A stretch of DNA of 64,000 nucleotides from Minisyncoccota bacterium (GCA_035559235.1 DATMBM010000016.1:28431-92430); one strand, 5' to 3'; positions 38,963 to 48,698 are shown, counted from the stretch's first letter. A program made the numbers and translations. Notes: generated by a model not told the origin, from the sequence alone.

Positions 38963-39481
38963 CTAAAAATCACCGGTGAGTGTTATCGTAAATCGCCCTT
39001 CCTGCGCGCCGACAAGTGCCGCGACCGGCACGGAAACATCCGTAAAGGCGCCCGCCTCCCGCAGCGCATCGCGAAATTCGTTCACGGCTTCGCGAGATTG
39101 GGAGGTGCCCGAAAGGACAATCTGGTGCGTGGCCGCCTGGTACGTGAGTGCTGTTATCGAAATGCTTCGCGGCTGCAGTTCAAGCGCGAGCGCAAGTGCA
39201 TCTGAAACCGACGACGAGGCGTGTGTCAGCGGGCCGAGCGCCGTGACCAATGATTGCGCACGCGCCACTTTTTCCTGATCGTCCTGCGCGGCGCGCGTCT
39301 CTTCAAGCGAAGGCGCATGCAGCGAAGCTTGTGCGATCTGGACCGACACGAATGCGGGAGCGAGTGCGAGTGCGGCAACCAGTGCTGCAAGTGAGACGAT
39401 CGACGCACCGATGAATACAAATCGTGCACGCATCCGCCGATCGAGATTCTTCTTTGCTTCCCCCGTTAAGACATTGCTCAT
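38963..39481 (-). CDS. pilN: PilN-like type IV pilus alignment protein
   Basis: N-terminal NVL motif, TM, IVLSGTSQSREAVNEFRDAL...FTDVSVP. Confidence 0.75.
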   Translation of the reverse strand: MSNVLTGEAKKNLDRRMRARFVFIGASIVSLAALVAALALAPAFVSVQIAQASLHAPSLEETRAAQDDQEKVARAQSLVTALGPLTHASSSVSDALALALELQPRSISITALTYQAATHQIVLSGTSQSREAVNEFRDALREAGAFTDVSVPVAALVGAQEGRFTITLTGDF

Positions 39482-40569
39482 ACTGAGGCGACGCTTCGGA
39501 GCGCCAATCCGATCGCCGTCGCGTATTGGAACGACGCGCGATACGGAATGGAAGGAATGTAATCGTCAAACGAAAAAACGTTGCACCACACGTTCGGGCG
39601 CTCCGTAAACGCATGCACTTTGCCGGCGATATACTCAGGAAAACCTTTCAAATTGACGTTACCGCCGACCAGGAAGACGCGCTCAACGCCGCTATTCTGC
39701 GCGCTTTTGGTCCGATGCGTGTCCCAGAAGCGATAGTGCCGCGCGATTTCTTCCGCGAGCCCGGAAGCCACCTTGTCCACCGCCTCAAATCCCTTTTGTA
39801 GTTTCGGATCGTCGGGCACCAGGCCATGCTCATTCTTAAACTGGAGCGCATCTTCTTCTGAAATCGAAAGTGCTTCCATGAGTGCACGACTCATATGGTC
39901 GCCGCCGATGTCCACGGTGGACGTGAAAATCGGGATGCCATTTTTCAAGATTGCAACGCCGGTGCGCGCCTTTCCGCAATCCACCAGCAATGTCACCGGA
40001 TTATGTTCCGCGGGCGAAACCGCGCGCCCGATCGAGCGCGCCTCGATTTCCAGTGATACGAGCTCAATCCCGGATTTCGAAAACGCCTCGATGTACCCTT
40101 CGGCAAGTTCCCGCGGGAAAACCGTGACGGCGATTTCTTCTCCCGCATCGCCGCGCGCGCCGACGAAGTCGAAATCGTACACCGCCTGCTTTGGCGGAAT
40201 CGGGACCCGCCCTTCCAGCTCGAACTCGATCATGCTCGTGATCTGCGCGCGGCTCGATCCGGGATGCACGTGCATGCTGAAGACATATGCGCCCTCTTCG
40301 GGAAGCGCTGCGTGCGCAGCAACCACGCGCCCCTGCTTCTTGACCTCCTTGAGCGCATCCGCAAGCGCGTCGGCATTACGGATAGCTCCCGTCTGCACGA
40401 TGTCGGGACCGATGTCGTGCGAACCGTAATTGACGATGCGGCTGCCATCGGCGGCGGGCGCAAGCGTGAGCCACTTGATGGAGGTGTCGCTGATGTCGAC
40501 CCCGGATGCAAGCGGGCTCAATGTGCGAGGCACTGGAAACCAGCGCGCAAGTGTGCGCGTGAACATCAT
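39478..40569 (-). CDS. pilM: Type IV pilus assembly protein PilM
   Basis: GVDISDTSIK, LVDCGKART, IGGDHM, LVGGNVNLKG, YATAIGLALR (actin-like fold). Confidence 0.9.
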   Translation of the reverse strand: MMFTRTLARWFPVPRTLSPLASGVDISDTSIKWLTLAPAADGSRIVNYGSHDIGPDIVQTGAIRNADALADALKEVKKQGRVVAAHAALPEEGAYVFSMHVHPGSSRAQITSMIEFELEGRVPIPPKQAVYDFDFVGARGDAGEEIAVTVFPRELAEGYIEAFSKSGIELVSLEIEARSIGRAVSPAEHNPVTLLVDCGKARTGVAILKNGIPIFTSTVDIGGDHMSRALMEALSISEEDALQFKNEHGLVPDDPKLQKGFEAVDKVASGLAEEIARHYRFWDTHRTKSAQNSGVERVFLVGGNVNLKGFPEYIAGKVHAFTERPNVWCNVFSFDDYIPSIPYRASFQYATAIGLALRSVASV

Positions 40570-40591
40570 TCAAAAAAGTATAGCACTTCTT

Positions 40592-40933
40592 TTACTTCAA
40601 TTGCGTGCCGTTTGGAACGGGCGCGTCGGGTATCAGGAGCGCGAGCGTCTCGTCTGACGACGCCGCGAGGAGCATCCCCTGGCTTTCGATGCCGCGGAGC
40701 ATTCGTGGCGCGAGGTTCACAATATAGGGAAGTTGCTTGCCAACGATCTCTTCCGGCTTCCGGAAGAGCGCGATGCCCGAGACGATCGTGCGCTCGCCAA
40801 GCTCGCCGAAATCCACCGTGCACTTGATGAGCTTGTCGGCGCCTTCGACCATTTCTGCCGCAACGACCGTGCCGAGGCGGATGTCGAGTTTCGCGAAGTC
40901 GTCGTATGCGATCTCTGGCTTTTGTTCGCTCAT
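40592..40933 (-). CDS. Stand-alone tRNA-binding OB-fold protein (Trbp111/CsaA/MetRS C-terminal-like)
   Basis: DDFAKLDIRLG, ADKL, RTIVSGI, NLAPRMLRGIESQGMLLAA. Confidence 0.92.
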   Translation of the reverse strand: MSEQKPEIAYDDFAKLDIRLGTVVAAEMVEGADKLIKCTVDFGELGERTIVSGIALFRKPEEIVGKQLPYIVNLAPRMLRGIESQGMLLAASSDETLALLIPDAPVPNGTQLK

Positions 40934-40943
40934 GCGTGAGAGA

Positions 40944-41330
40944 TTACTCCGTTTTCCCCCGCGCGTCGAGAAACCGCTGCAAAATGATGGCGGCCGCGGC
41001 GGAATCGTCGTGCACGCCATTCGGCGCGAACCGTCCGGCCTCCACCGAGCTCCACGCTTCCCACGCACGATGGATGGGGATCGTGACGCGCTCGCCAAGC
41101 CGCTCCGCAAAGTGGTCTGCTTCGAATGTCACCGGATTTTCGACGCCGTTTGCGGCGCGCGCATCGCCAATAACAATGGCGCCGACGTTTGCATCGATCA
41201 GTTTCGCGATATGATCGAATGCTGCGTCGTCGTTGGGGATCGTTTCCTTGGGAAACGCGAACCCGCCCGTTTCGTCGGAGAGCGCGATGCCGATCCGCTT
41301 TGCGCCGAAGTCGATGCCGAGATATCGCAT
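40944..41330 (-). CDS. ruvX: YqgF/RuvX pre-16S rRNA nuclease
   Basis: YLGIDFGAKRIGIALSD, EAWSS, DSAAAAIILQRFLD. Confidence 0.92.
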   Translation of the reverse strand: MRYLGIDFGAKRIGIALSDETGGFAFPKETIPNDDAAFDHIAKLIDANVGAIVIGDARAANGVENPVTFEADHFAERLGERVTIPIHRAWEAWSSVEAGRFAPNGVHDDSAAAAIILQRFLDARGKTE

Positions 41331-41337
41331 ATGCCAA

Positions 41338-41748
41338 CTATGACCGAAGTCTGCTTGTTTTGAAAGTCTCGGGCTTGAATGCCTTAAGCCTGACAACGAG
41401 CGGCGTGAGCCCTGCGTGCGCAAGCGCGTGGGGGAGCGCTTCCACGTATTCGCCTTTCTGGTCGTAGCCGAGCGCGATAATCTCCGGCGCCTCGCGCACA
41501 ATATGTTGGATGAATCCTTCTTCGTCTCCAAGCACCGCCTTGTCGACAAGCGGATGCGCAGCGACGAGCGCAAGGCGCTCGTCCTCAGAACGCTGTGGCG
41601 CTGCTGAGCGATGACGGGTCGCCGCGGCATCCCGCGCCACCGATACAATGAGGTATGGATCGTCTGCAAGGGATCGCGCTTGCCGGAAAAAATCTTCATG
41701 ACCCATGTGGATCATATCGAACGTGCCGAAAACCATTATTTTTTTCAT
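41338..41748 (-). CDS. Cytidylyltransferase-family protein (RibL/FAD synthase-like)
   Basis: [26 protein letters not shown]. Confidence 0.88.
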   Translation of the reverse strand: MKKIMVFGTFDMIHMGHEDFFRQARSLADDPYLIVSVARDAAATRHRSAAPQRSEDERLALVAAHPLVDKAVLGDEEGFIQHIVREAPEIIALGYDQKGEYVEALPHALAHAGLTPLVVRLKAFKPETFKTSRLRS

Positions 41749-41750
41749 TG

Positions 41751-41835
41751 CCGAGGGGGTGAGATTCGAACTCACGGTCCCTTGCGAGACTCTTGTTTTC
41801 AAGACAAGCGCGTTAGACCACTCCGCCACCCCTCG
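41751..41835 (-). tRNA. tRNA-Ser(TGA)
   Basis: CGAGGGG/CCCCTCG acceptor, G73, loop CTTGAAA, long variable arm, AGTTCGAATCT. Confidence 0.94.
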
Positions 41836-41888
41836 GAATCATTAGAGTTGTAGCACACCACTTCGAAAAACGCGATACAATAGACGCC

Positions 41889-42359
41889 ATGCCGGAGCAA
41901 ACGGGAGGGACTTTGCGCTGGAGCGCCTACGAGCACGAGCACATCGAGCGCGGCAGCGACTGGTACTGGGCACTCGGCATCATCGCCGTGTGCGCCGCCG
42001 TCACGAGCATCCTCTTCGGGAATTTTCTGTTCGCGCTCCTCATCGTGGTTGCCGCATTCACGATCGGCATCATCGCACAGCAGCCACCGGAACTGCATGA
42101 ATTCGAACTCAGCGAAAAAGGCATCCGTATCGGGAAGGATTTCCATTCGTACGATACGATGCTCTCATTCTGGGTGGACGACGAGATCGACGAGCCGCTT
42201 TTGCTGGTGGATACGACGAAATTTTTGAGCCCGAACCTCATCATCCCAGTCGGCGACATGCATCCGGACACGATCCGCGACTTTTTGCGCCCTCACGTCG
42301 AAGAAGTGCCGATGAAAGAACCCATCGCACACAAGATATTGGAATTCTTTGGCTTCTAA
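41889..42359 (+). CDS. Conserved two-TM protein (DUF5673-like)
   Basis: WSAYEHEH...DWYWALG, two TMs, PH-like C-terminus; TACAAT-7nt-ATG start. Confidence 0.8.
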   Translation: MPEQTGGTLRWSAYEHEHIERGSDWYWALGIIAVCAAVTSILFGNFLFALLIVVAAFTIGIIAQQPPELHEFELSEKGIRIGKDFHSYDTMLSFWVDDEIDEPLLLVDTTKFLSPNLIIPVGDMHPDTIRDFLRPHVEEVPMKEPIAHKILEFFGF

Positions 42360-44389
42360 TTATTGACTGAAACTGTCGTCGACGCGGTCTTTGTCGCGCC
42401 GGTTTTTGTCTGGCAGGTCAGGACGAAGGTTGCACTTGCGGAAAGCGCCGGTGTTTTTACCGTACCGGAGACGTTCGTCGAACTTGCGTGCTCGGCGGTA
42501 AAGGCCGGAAGCGTCGGGCTCGAGATGACGCAGGCGTCCATCCCGCTCGATACCCAGCCGATGTTTGATTGCGCGCCGCTCTGAACAGTTTTCGGATTCG
42601 CGACAAGCACGATTCCCGTCTTATTGATATTGATCGTACACTGTGCGCTATGCACAACACCTTGGTTGGAACAGTTGAGTCCGTACGTGATCGTATGTTG
42701 CCCCAGTGACGGCGCCGAGACAGTCGTTGTCGCCGATCCCGAAAGCGCACCGCCAGTCGAGAAGCCGGTTCCGCCGCTTGTTGATGAATTTTGGCAGGCA
42801 AATGAGATGCCAACCTGCATGCCAACATCAACCGTCTGCGGCTGGCACGAAATCTGCGCCTGCGGCTGTCCCGATCCGCCTCCCTGTCCGGCGACGGCAA
42901 CTTGCGTCTCGCACTTCCCCTCCTGGTTGCCATGCCCGACCACAGTAAGCACATAGGTCGTCGGCGTCTGCGGGTAGACGGTCATCGACCCGCGCGGCCC
43001 GACTTGCCCGGAATTCGAGAGATATGCGTATTGAGCGTACTGTGATTCCCACGTAAGCGTTGCGGCCTGTCCTGCCGCGCTAACGTTTGTTGGCGACACG
43101 CGAATCGAACACGTCGGTCGTGGATAGTTGTACGGGTTTGATGGGTTGTTGGGGTTGTACGAGCCGGTCGGGCATTTATCAAGAAGCTGCAAGATGCCGC
43201 TACACATTCGCTGCCCCGTATACGGATTGCGGCAGTTGCCAATAAGCGCTTGAATTCCCTGGCACTGTTGTTCATATACATTATTGAGACATCCTGGCCC
43301 ACCAGTTCTGTTCGGGTCTACAATGTATGGGTTCAGACTGACGATGCAATAACTCGATTGTCCGGGGGAAACCGTTCTCCAATTACCAAACCCGCCGCCC
43401 CGATACGTTCCCAACTCTTGCAGGCGTCGACACGCCTCTTGTGAACCATTGTCCACACATTCCCGCACCAACCGATTGCGCTCCGACACACTCGGTCCGC
43501 TTACGCACCGCGGATCGCCTGGGCAACTATATCTCTCAGGTTCCTGTCTCGGACTCGATGTGATTCCGCCCCGATCATTTGCAAGCGATTGAGCTTCCTT
43601 GCGAAAATTATCAAGTCTTTCCTGTTCGGCAGTAACTCGCGACGCCGCATCGCTTCGCGCGTTTATCTCGGCGCTGCAATATATACTCGCCCGTCCTCCA
43701 TATCTATCTTCGCAAGAACGTGCGGCAGTATCAGCAACAGCAAGGTCGGTAGCAGCTTGAGAAATTCTTGCCTGCGCCTGCTCTTCAAACGCTCCAAGAA
43801 TGAACCGAGAGGAGTCGACTGACATCCCTGACGTAATTGTCTTAGTGTCTATGGGGTCGCCCGGAGAATAATTGCTCAACACGGATGACGCAAATTCGCT
43901 TGCGGCAGCGCTGTTGTTAGAAGTGGCACGATTCAAGTCCGCTTGCGTTGCAAAGCGCCGCTCGTCGGTGCAGGTCTCACTGCGTTGTCCCGACTGTGTA
44001 GTGGATACACAAAATCGCGCATAACATCCTGGCTTACGTACACCTCCGGGGTTGGGACACAACTTACCTTCATCTTCTTTCTTTACAGATGCACTCGGGC
44101 CTGTCAGGCACTGAATTGTGATCTCGGGCCGACTTCCGGCCGCCGACCCAACCGTTACTTTGATGTGACTGTCGTTGACACATATGTCTCCCTCTTGCAG
44201 ATCCGCAGGTCGCGTCTCTGGTGTAGAAGACTGGGTCGTTCCTCCTGCCTGTGCCAATTGCCCCTCGCGGTGTATCGCGATTTTTGCCGCATCAAGTGAA
44301 AGTGCGAGGCTGCCGAGTACGACCGTGACGAGCAGCACGGCAAAGAGCGGCGATCCTCCGCGCTCAAAAAAGCGCCAGCGCATGGCCAT
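42356..44389 (-). CDS. Secreted/anchored Cys-rich multi-domain surface protein (677 aa)
   Basis: N-terminal hydrophobic segment, many Cys, three C-terminal Ig/PKD-like repeats (PTCSI...LTW...YVLTV). Confidence 0.8.
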   Translation of the reverse strand: MAMRWRFFERGGSPLFAVLLVTVVLGSLALSLDAAKIAIHREGQLAQAGGTTQSSTPETRPADLQEGDICVNDSHIKVTVGSAAGSRPEITIQCLTGPSASVKKEDEGKLCPNPGGVRKPGCYARFCVSTTQSGQRSETCTDERRFATQADLNRATSNNSAAASEFASSVLSNYSPGDPIDTKTITSGMSVDSSRFILGAFEEQAQARISQAATDLAVADTAARSCEDRYGGRASIYCSAEINARSDAASRVTAEQERLDNFRKEAQSLANDRGGITSSPRQEPERYSCPGDPRCVSGPSVSERNRLVRECVDNGSQEACRRLQELGTYRGGGFGNWRTVSPGQSSYCIVSLNPYIVDPNRTGGPGCLNNVYEQQCQGIQALIGNCRNPYTGQRMCSGILQLLDKCPTGSYNPNNPSNPYNYPRPTCSIRVSPTNVSAAGQAATLTWESQYAQYAYLSNSGQVGPRGSMTVYPQTPTTYVLTVVGHGNQEGKCETQVAVAGQGGGSGQPQAQISCQPQTVDVGMQVGISFACQNSSTSGGTGFSTGGALSGSATTTVSAPSLGQHTITYGLNCSNQGVVHSAQCTININKTGIVLVANPKTVQSGAQSNIGWVSSGMDACVISSPTLPAFTAEHASSTNVSGTVKTPALSASATFVLTCQTKTGATKTASTTVSVNN

Positions 44390-44443
44390 GCGGTAATGAT
44401 GCGCCCTTTAGAGAGTCGTCGCAATGAACGCGTGTGGAAACCA

Positions 44444-44515
44444 TGCTCTCGGTAGGAATCGAACCTACATTACATCCTCCGCAAGGATGCGTCCTATCCA
44501 TTGAACGACGAGAGC
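44444..44515 (-). tRNA. tRNA-Arg(GCG)
   Basis: GCTCTCG/CGAGAGC acceptor, CATCC-TTGCGGA-GGATG anticodon arm, GGTTCGATTCC. Confidence 0.92.
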
Positions 44516-44553
44516 GTCGCCTCACAATACCTACAAAACGCCGTAGCGTAAAG

Positions 44554-44787
44554 TTATTTCGCCTTTTTCGCAAGCCGCGACTTCATGCGCGACGCGGTAT
44601 TCTTCTTAATGACACCGCGCTTCAGGGCCTTGTCGATCGCCTGGTAGGCGCTCGAGAGATTTTCGGCATTTGCGGTTTTTTGAGCCACCTTCACCGCGTC
44701 CTTCATAGCCTTCGCGCGACGCAGGTTGAATACGCGTCGACGCATCTCGACGCGGACAGCTTTCTTGGCGGAACTCGTGTTTGCCAT
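44554..44787 (-). CDS. rpsT: 30S ribosomal protein S20
   Basis: MANTSSAKKA, IDKALKRGVIKKNTASRMKSRL. Confidence 0.96.
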   Translation of the reverse strand: MANTSSAKKAVRVEMRRRVFNLRRAKAMKDAVKVAQKTANAENLSSAYQAIDKALKRGVIKKNTASRMKSRLAKKAK

Positions 44788-44839
44788 TGCGCGATACTAC
44801 CCCGTCGCGTCCTTTCACGCAAGACGGTATGATGGGCGC

Positions 44840-45412
44840 ATGATCGGCAGGCTCGAAGGCACGGTGGTCGCGCTGCGTCCCGGATTCGCCATCCTTTCGG
44901 CCGGCGGCGTCGGGTACAAGGTATTCGCGACCAAGGAAACGCTCTCGAAATTGGCGCAGGACTCGAAGGTGTCGCTCTGGACCCATCTCGCGGTCCGTGA
45001 AAACGCACTCGACCTCTACGGTTTTCCATCGGAGGAGGAATTGCATTTCTTCGATCTGCTGCTCACCGTATCCGGCATCGGCCCGAAAAGCGCGCTTGCC
45101 ATTCTCGATATTGCCACCGTCGAGACTCTGCGGGGGGCAATTGCGCGCGGGAACGCCGGCTACCTCACCAAGGTGTCCGGTATCGGCAAAAAAACGGCCG
45201 AGAAGATCGTCGTCGAACTGAAAGACAAGGTCGGACTCGGCGCGGACGGCGCAGAGGGCGCCATGGAAGGCGACGCGGAAGCGCTCGAGGCGCTCGCGAG
45301 CCTCGGCTACACGCTTCCGGAAGCGCGCGAAGCACTCCGGAAAGTACCGCTCGATGTGGTGGGCGGCAATGAGCGCCTACGCGAAGCGCTAAAGATACTC
45401 GGAGGAAAATGA
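44840..45412 (+). CDS. ruvA: Holliday junction branch migration protein RuvA
   Basis: MIGRLEG, GVGY, LYGF, VSGIGPKSAL, GIGKKTAEKIVVELKDK. Confidence 0.97.
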   Translation: MIGRLEGTVVALRPGFAILSAGGVGYKVFATKETLSKLAQDSKVSLWTHLAVRENALDLYGFPSEEELHFFDLLLTVSGIGPKSALAILDIATVETLRGAIARGNAGYLTKVSGIGKKTAEKIVVELKDKVGLGADGAEGAMEGDAEALEALASLGYTLPEAREALRKVPLDVVGGNERLREALKILGGK

Positions 45413-46671
45413 TCATGAAAGAGACCGTCAAATCAATTATTCCGGGACCGCTCCTCTCCGCGTATCATTTCACCCTCGCCTTTCTTGCCGCGCTCGTGTA
45501 TCGCTTTCCTTCCCGCAGGATCATCGTCGTCGCGGTCACAGGCACCAAGGGAAAATCGTCGACGATAGAATTTTTAAACGCGATATTCGAGGCCGCCGGG
45601 CACACGACCGCGCTCTCGAGCACGATCCGCTTCAAAATAGGCGCGACCTCGAAGCCGAATCTCCGCCGTCAGACGCAACCCGGACGCTTCTTTTTGCAAA
45701 GCTTTCTTGCGCGCGCGGCCGACGCCGGCTGCACCGTTGCGCTTATTGAAATGACGAGCGAAGGCGCACGACAATTCCGCCACCGATTTATTGACCTCGA
45801 CGCGCTCATCTTCCTCAATCTCGCGCCCGAACACATCGAATCGCACGGTTCGCTCGAAGCCTATGCGGACGCGAAATACGAATTGGGCAAGCAGCTCCTG
45901 CGCTCACGCAAACGCCCGCGCATCATGGTCGCCAACGCAAGCGACGCGCAATCGGCGCGGTACCTCACGCTCCCCGTCGAAGAGTTGCGCCCTTTTTCGC
46001 TCGATACGGCCGCCCCGTGGGAAACCGGTGAGCGCGGCGGCTTCTTCACCTTTGATCGGCTCCGTATCGAAGTGCGCCTCCCGGGCGCCTTTTCGCTCAT
46101 GAACGCGCTTGCGGCTGCGGTTGCCGCGCACGCACTCGGCATTCCATGCCCAACGATTGCGCGCGGCATCGCTGCGCTCGAGAAGATCCCCGGGCGAGCC
46201 GAAGAAATCATCGAAGGACAGCCGTTTTCGGTCATCGTCGATTACGCGCACACGCCGGACTCACTAGCGGCGCTCTATCGGGCCTTTAGTACGCGTCGGA
46301 AAATCTGCGTACTCGGTTCAACCGGCGGCGGGCGTGATACGTGGAAGCGGCCGGTCATGGGAGCGATTGCGGACGAAGAGTGCGACATGATCATCCTCAC
46401 CAACGAAGATCCGTACGACGAAGAGCCGCGCTCGATCGTTGACGGAATCGCCCGCGGGATCGAACGCAGGACGCCGGAGATCATCATGGATCGTCGCGAG
46501 GCAATCCGCCGCGCGTTCGAGGCGGCGCGGGCGAGCGACGTCGTACTTATTACCGGCAAGGGTACTGACCCGACGATACAGGGGCCGCGCGGCACGAGCA
46601 TTCCCTGGAGCGACGCCGAGGTCGCGCGGGAAGAGCTGCGAAAACGTTTCGGCAAAAAGGACGCACGATAA
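45409..46671 (+). CDS. murE: UDP-N-acetylmuramoyl-tripeptide synthetase (MurE-like Mur ligase)
   Basis: VTGTKGKSS, EMTSEG, PEHIESHG, VDYAHTPDSL, GGGRD..KRPVMG, LITGKG. Confidence 0.9.
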   Translation: MIMKETVKSIIPGPLLSAYHFTLAFLAALVYRFPSRRIIVVAVTGTKGKSSTIEFLNAIFEAAGHTTALSSTIRFKIGATSKPNLRRQTQPGRFFLQSFLARAADAGCTVALIEMTSEGARQFRHRFIDLDALIFLNLAPEHIESHGSLEAYADAKYELGKQLLRSRKRPRIMVANASDAQSARYLTLPVEELRPFSLDTAAPWETGERGGFFTFDRLRIEVRLPGAFSLMNALAAAVAAHALGIPCPTIARGIAALEKIPGRAEEIIEGQPFSVIVDYAHTPDSLAALYRAFSTRRKICVLGSTGGGRDTWKRPVMGAIADEECDMIILTNEDPYDEEPRSIVDGIARGIERRTPEIIMDRREAIRRAFEAARASDVVLITGKGTDPTIQGPRGTSIPWSDAEVAREELRKRFGKKDAR

Positions 46672-46689
46672 TCGGATACAATAGAGTGC

Positions 46690-47739
46690 ATGCTGAAGCA
46701 GATCCTGGTTGGCATCTTCGCGTTTTCGCTCATCGCTCTTATTGCGCTGTGGGTAATCACCGGAGGCCCGCGGCAACTTGTCACTGACACCACCGAATCC
46801 ATCCGCGCTGCAGTCACGACCGACAAGGACGTCGGCTTCCAACTGCCGTGGCAGCCCGCACAAATTTTCCCGACGATCGATATTACCGACCTGTACGATT
46901 TCTCCGCCGAAGAAGAACGGGCGTATTCGGCATATGCCGACTACCCGGAGTATCCCGACTATCCCGATTTCGCGCCGACTCATGCGCAGCAGCTTGCCGA
47001 ATTGGAATCCGAATACGACCGGCTACGCGCTGAAGCGAGTCGCCAACGGACGTTCGGCGCACCGTCGCCGTACGCCGGAAAAGTGGCAATCCAATCAGAT
47101 ATTTCTGGCGTTCGCGCGAGCGATCCGCGCGAAGAATACCTACAGATCGTCGCGAATTATGCAAACAGCGAAACGATCGACATCAGCGGTTGGATTTTGG
47201 AAAGTGCGCTTTCGGGCACGCGTATCCTGATCCCGCCGGCCGCCTCTCCCTTTATTGCGAATTCGTCGAACAGCGTAGGGTCAGTGCTACTCGAGCCGGG
47301 CGGGCTCGCACTCGTCACGTCGGCCGTCTCCCCCGTCGGAGTCTCGTTCCGCGAAAACATGTGCACCGGCTACCTCGGCCAATTTCAGGATTTCGGTCTG
47401 CCGCTTTCAGAAGAGTGCCCGTCTCCAGCACAGGTACTGCCGCTCACCGAAGAAAACCTCCGTCTCTATGGCGACGCGTGCTTCGACGCGATCATGCATC
47501 TCCCGGTGTGCCGCTTCCCGCAAAACCTACCCTCCTCCGTCTCCTCGGCATGCCGCGCATACCTCACGGACGCGCTTTCGTATAACGGCTGCGTGAAACA
47601 AAACCGATTCCGCTCTGCGTTCAACAAGAATATGTGGCGCATCTACCTCGGATCGCCAAAGGAACTCTGGCGCAATTCGCATGACGCGGTGCGGCTTTTG
47701 GATGCACAAGGACGGACCGTCAGCGTGTACGTGTATTAA
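46690..47739 (+). CDS. Membrane-anchored protein with lamin-tail-like, Cys-containing extracellular domain
   Basis: N-terminal TM; EEYLQI...IDISGWIL, SFRENMCTGY, W...DAVRLLD. Confidence 0.78.
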   Translation: MLKQILVGIFAFSLIALIALWVITGGPRQLVTDTTESIRAAVTTDKDVGFQLPWQPAQIFPTIDITDLYDFSAEEERAYSAYADYPEYPDYPDFAPTHAQQLAELESEYDRLRAEASRQRTFGAPSPYAGKVAIQSDISGVRASDPREEYLQIVANYANSETIDISGWILESALSGTRILIPPAASPFIANSSNSVGSVLLEPGGLALVTSAVSPVGVSFRENMCTGYLGQFQDFGLPLSEECPSPAQVLPLTEENLRLYGDACFDAIMHLPVCRFPQNLPSSVSSACRAYLTDALSYNGCVKQNRFRSAFNKNMWRIYLGSPKELWRNSHDAVRLLDAQGRTVSVYVY

Positions 47740-48190
47740 ACAGAACGATTCCGGCCGCGACCGCAACGTTGAGTGATTCTTTGCTCCCTCGCATCGGAAT
47801 TTCGAGCAGCATGTCGCATTCGTCACGGAGCGCGTGCGAGAGCCCGCGCACTTCGTTGCCGAATATAAAGAGCGCGGGTTTCGTTGCGCGAAACGAGCGG
47901 TAGTCGCGCGAACGATGATCTTGCTCGACGCCGATAATCTGGAATCCTTGCGCACGCATCTTCTTCAGGTGCGCATGCGGCGATGTCGCGTACTCCCACG
48001 CGACTGAACGTTCAGCGCCAAGCGCCGTTTTCGCAATATCTTTTTGAATGCGGCCGAATCGGTCGATGGGTCGCGGCGTATAGCCGCTCAAATATACGCC
48101 CGTCACCCCCGCGGCATCTGCGGTGCGAAAGATCGAGCCGACATTGTGCGCGCTCCGGACGTTGTGCAACAGCACCGATACTGCGTACAT
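47720..48190 (-). CDS. SpoU/TrmH family RNA methyltransferase
   Basis: NVRSAHNVGSIFRTAD, FGNEVRG, IPMRGSKESLNVAVA. Confidence 0.93.
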   Translation of the reverse strand: MYAVSVLLHNVRSAHNVGSIFRTADAAGVTGVYLSGYTPRPIDRFGRIQKDIAKTALGAERSVAWEYATSPHAHLKKMRAQGFQIIGVEQDHRSRDYRSFRATKPALFIFGNEVRGLSHALRDECDMLLEIPMRGSKESLNVAVAAGIVLFNTRTR

Positions 48191-48247
48191 GCGCGCACAG
48201 TACCATCTTGTTTTTATTCCCGAAACCTGTACGCTACAACCTATCCT

Positions 48248-48592
48248 ATGCTGTCTTTTTTTCCTGAACTCCTTTTCCTCTCTCCGTTTGCCGCATTTCT
48301 CATTCGTCTCTCACTCGCCGTCCTTTTCGCCCACAGCGCATACCGACGCATCCCGCAATCCGACGCGCTCATCAAAACATTCGGCATCGTTGATGCGGCG
48401 ATCGCGCTATCATTATTGGTCGGCTTTGCGACACAAATCGCCGCACTTATCGGATTCGTCTGCACCGTCGCGTGGCTTGTGCGTTCCGACTGGAACCCGT
48501 ATCCGCGCCCCACTGCCGCGCTCGCGGCCGTGATGACGTTCACGTTGATCATCACCGGCCCGGGACCATTCGCATTCGATCTGCCGCTTTAA
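48248..48592 (+). CDS. DoxX-like membrane protein (114 aa)
   Basis: LIRLSLA, LLVGFATQIAA, TGPGPFAFD. Confidence 0.8.
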   Translation: MLSFFPELLFLSPFAAFLIRLSLAVLFAHSAYRRIPQSDALIKTFGIVDAAIALSLLVGFATQIAALIGFVCTVAWLVRSDWNPYPRPTAALAAVMTFTLIITGPGPFAFDLPL

Positions 48593-48624
48593 TTCCCCAT
48601 TGTTTCAAGGTATAGTGCGCAAAA

Positions 48625-48697
48625 CCGCCCATAGCTCAGCCGGTAGAGCAGCTGCCTTTTAAGCAGTTGGCCGTTGGTTCGAATCCAACTGGGCGGA
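48625..48697 (+). tRNA. tRNA-Lys(TTT)
   Basis: CCGCCCA/TGGGCGG acceptor, loop CTTTTAA, GGTTCGAATCC. Confidence 0.94.
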
Positions 48698-48698
48698 A

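Noticed and set aside
40592-40933. Split MetRS (tRNA-binding domain encoded separately)
   Set aside because: A short MetRS plus a free Trbp111/CsaA-like protein is a common, known arrangement
44364-44444. ATG formed by the tRNA-Arg(GCG) discriminator as a fourth punctuation case
   Set aside because: It opens only a 26-codon frame that is out of frame with the downstream surface-protein gene
46933-46971. YADYPEYPDYPDF short tandem repeat
   Set aside because: Three or four imperfect 9-nt units in a linker; ordinary low-complexity expansion
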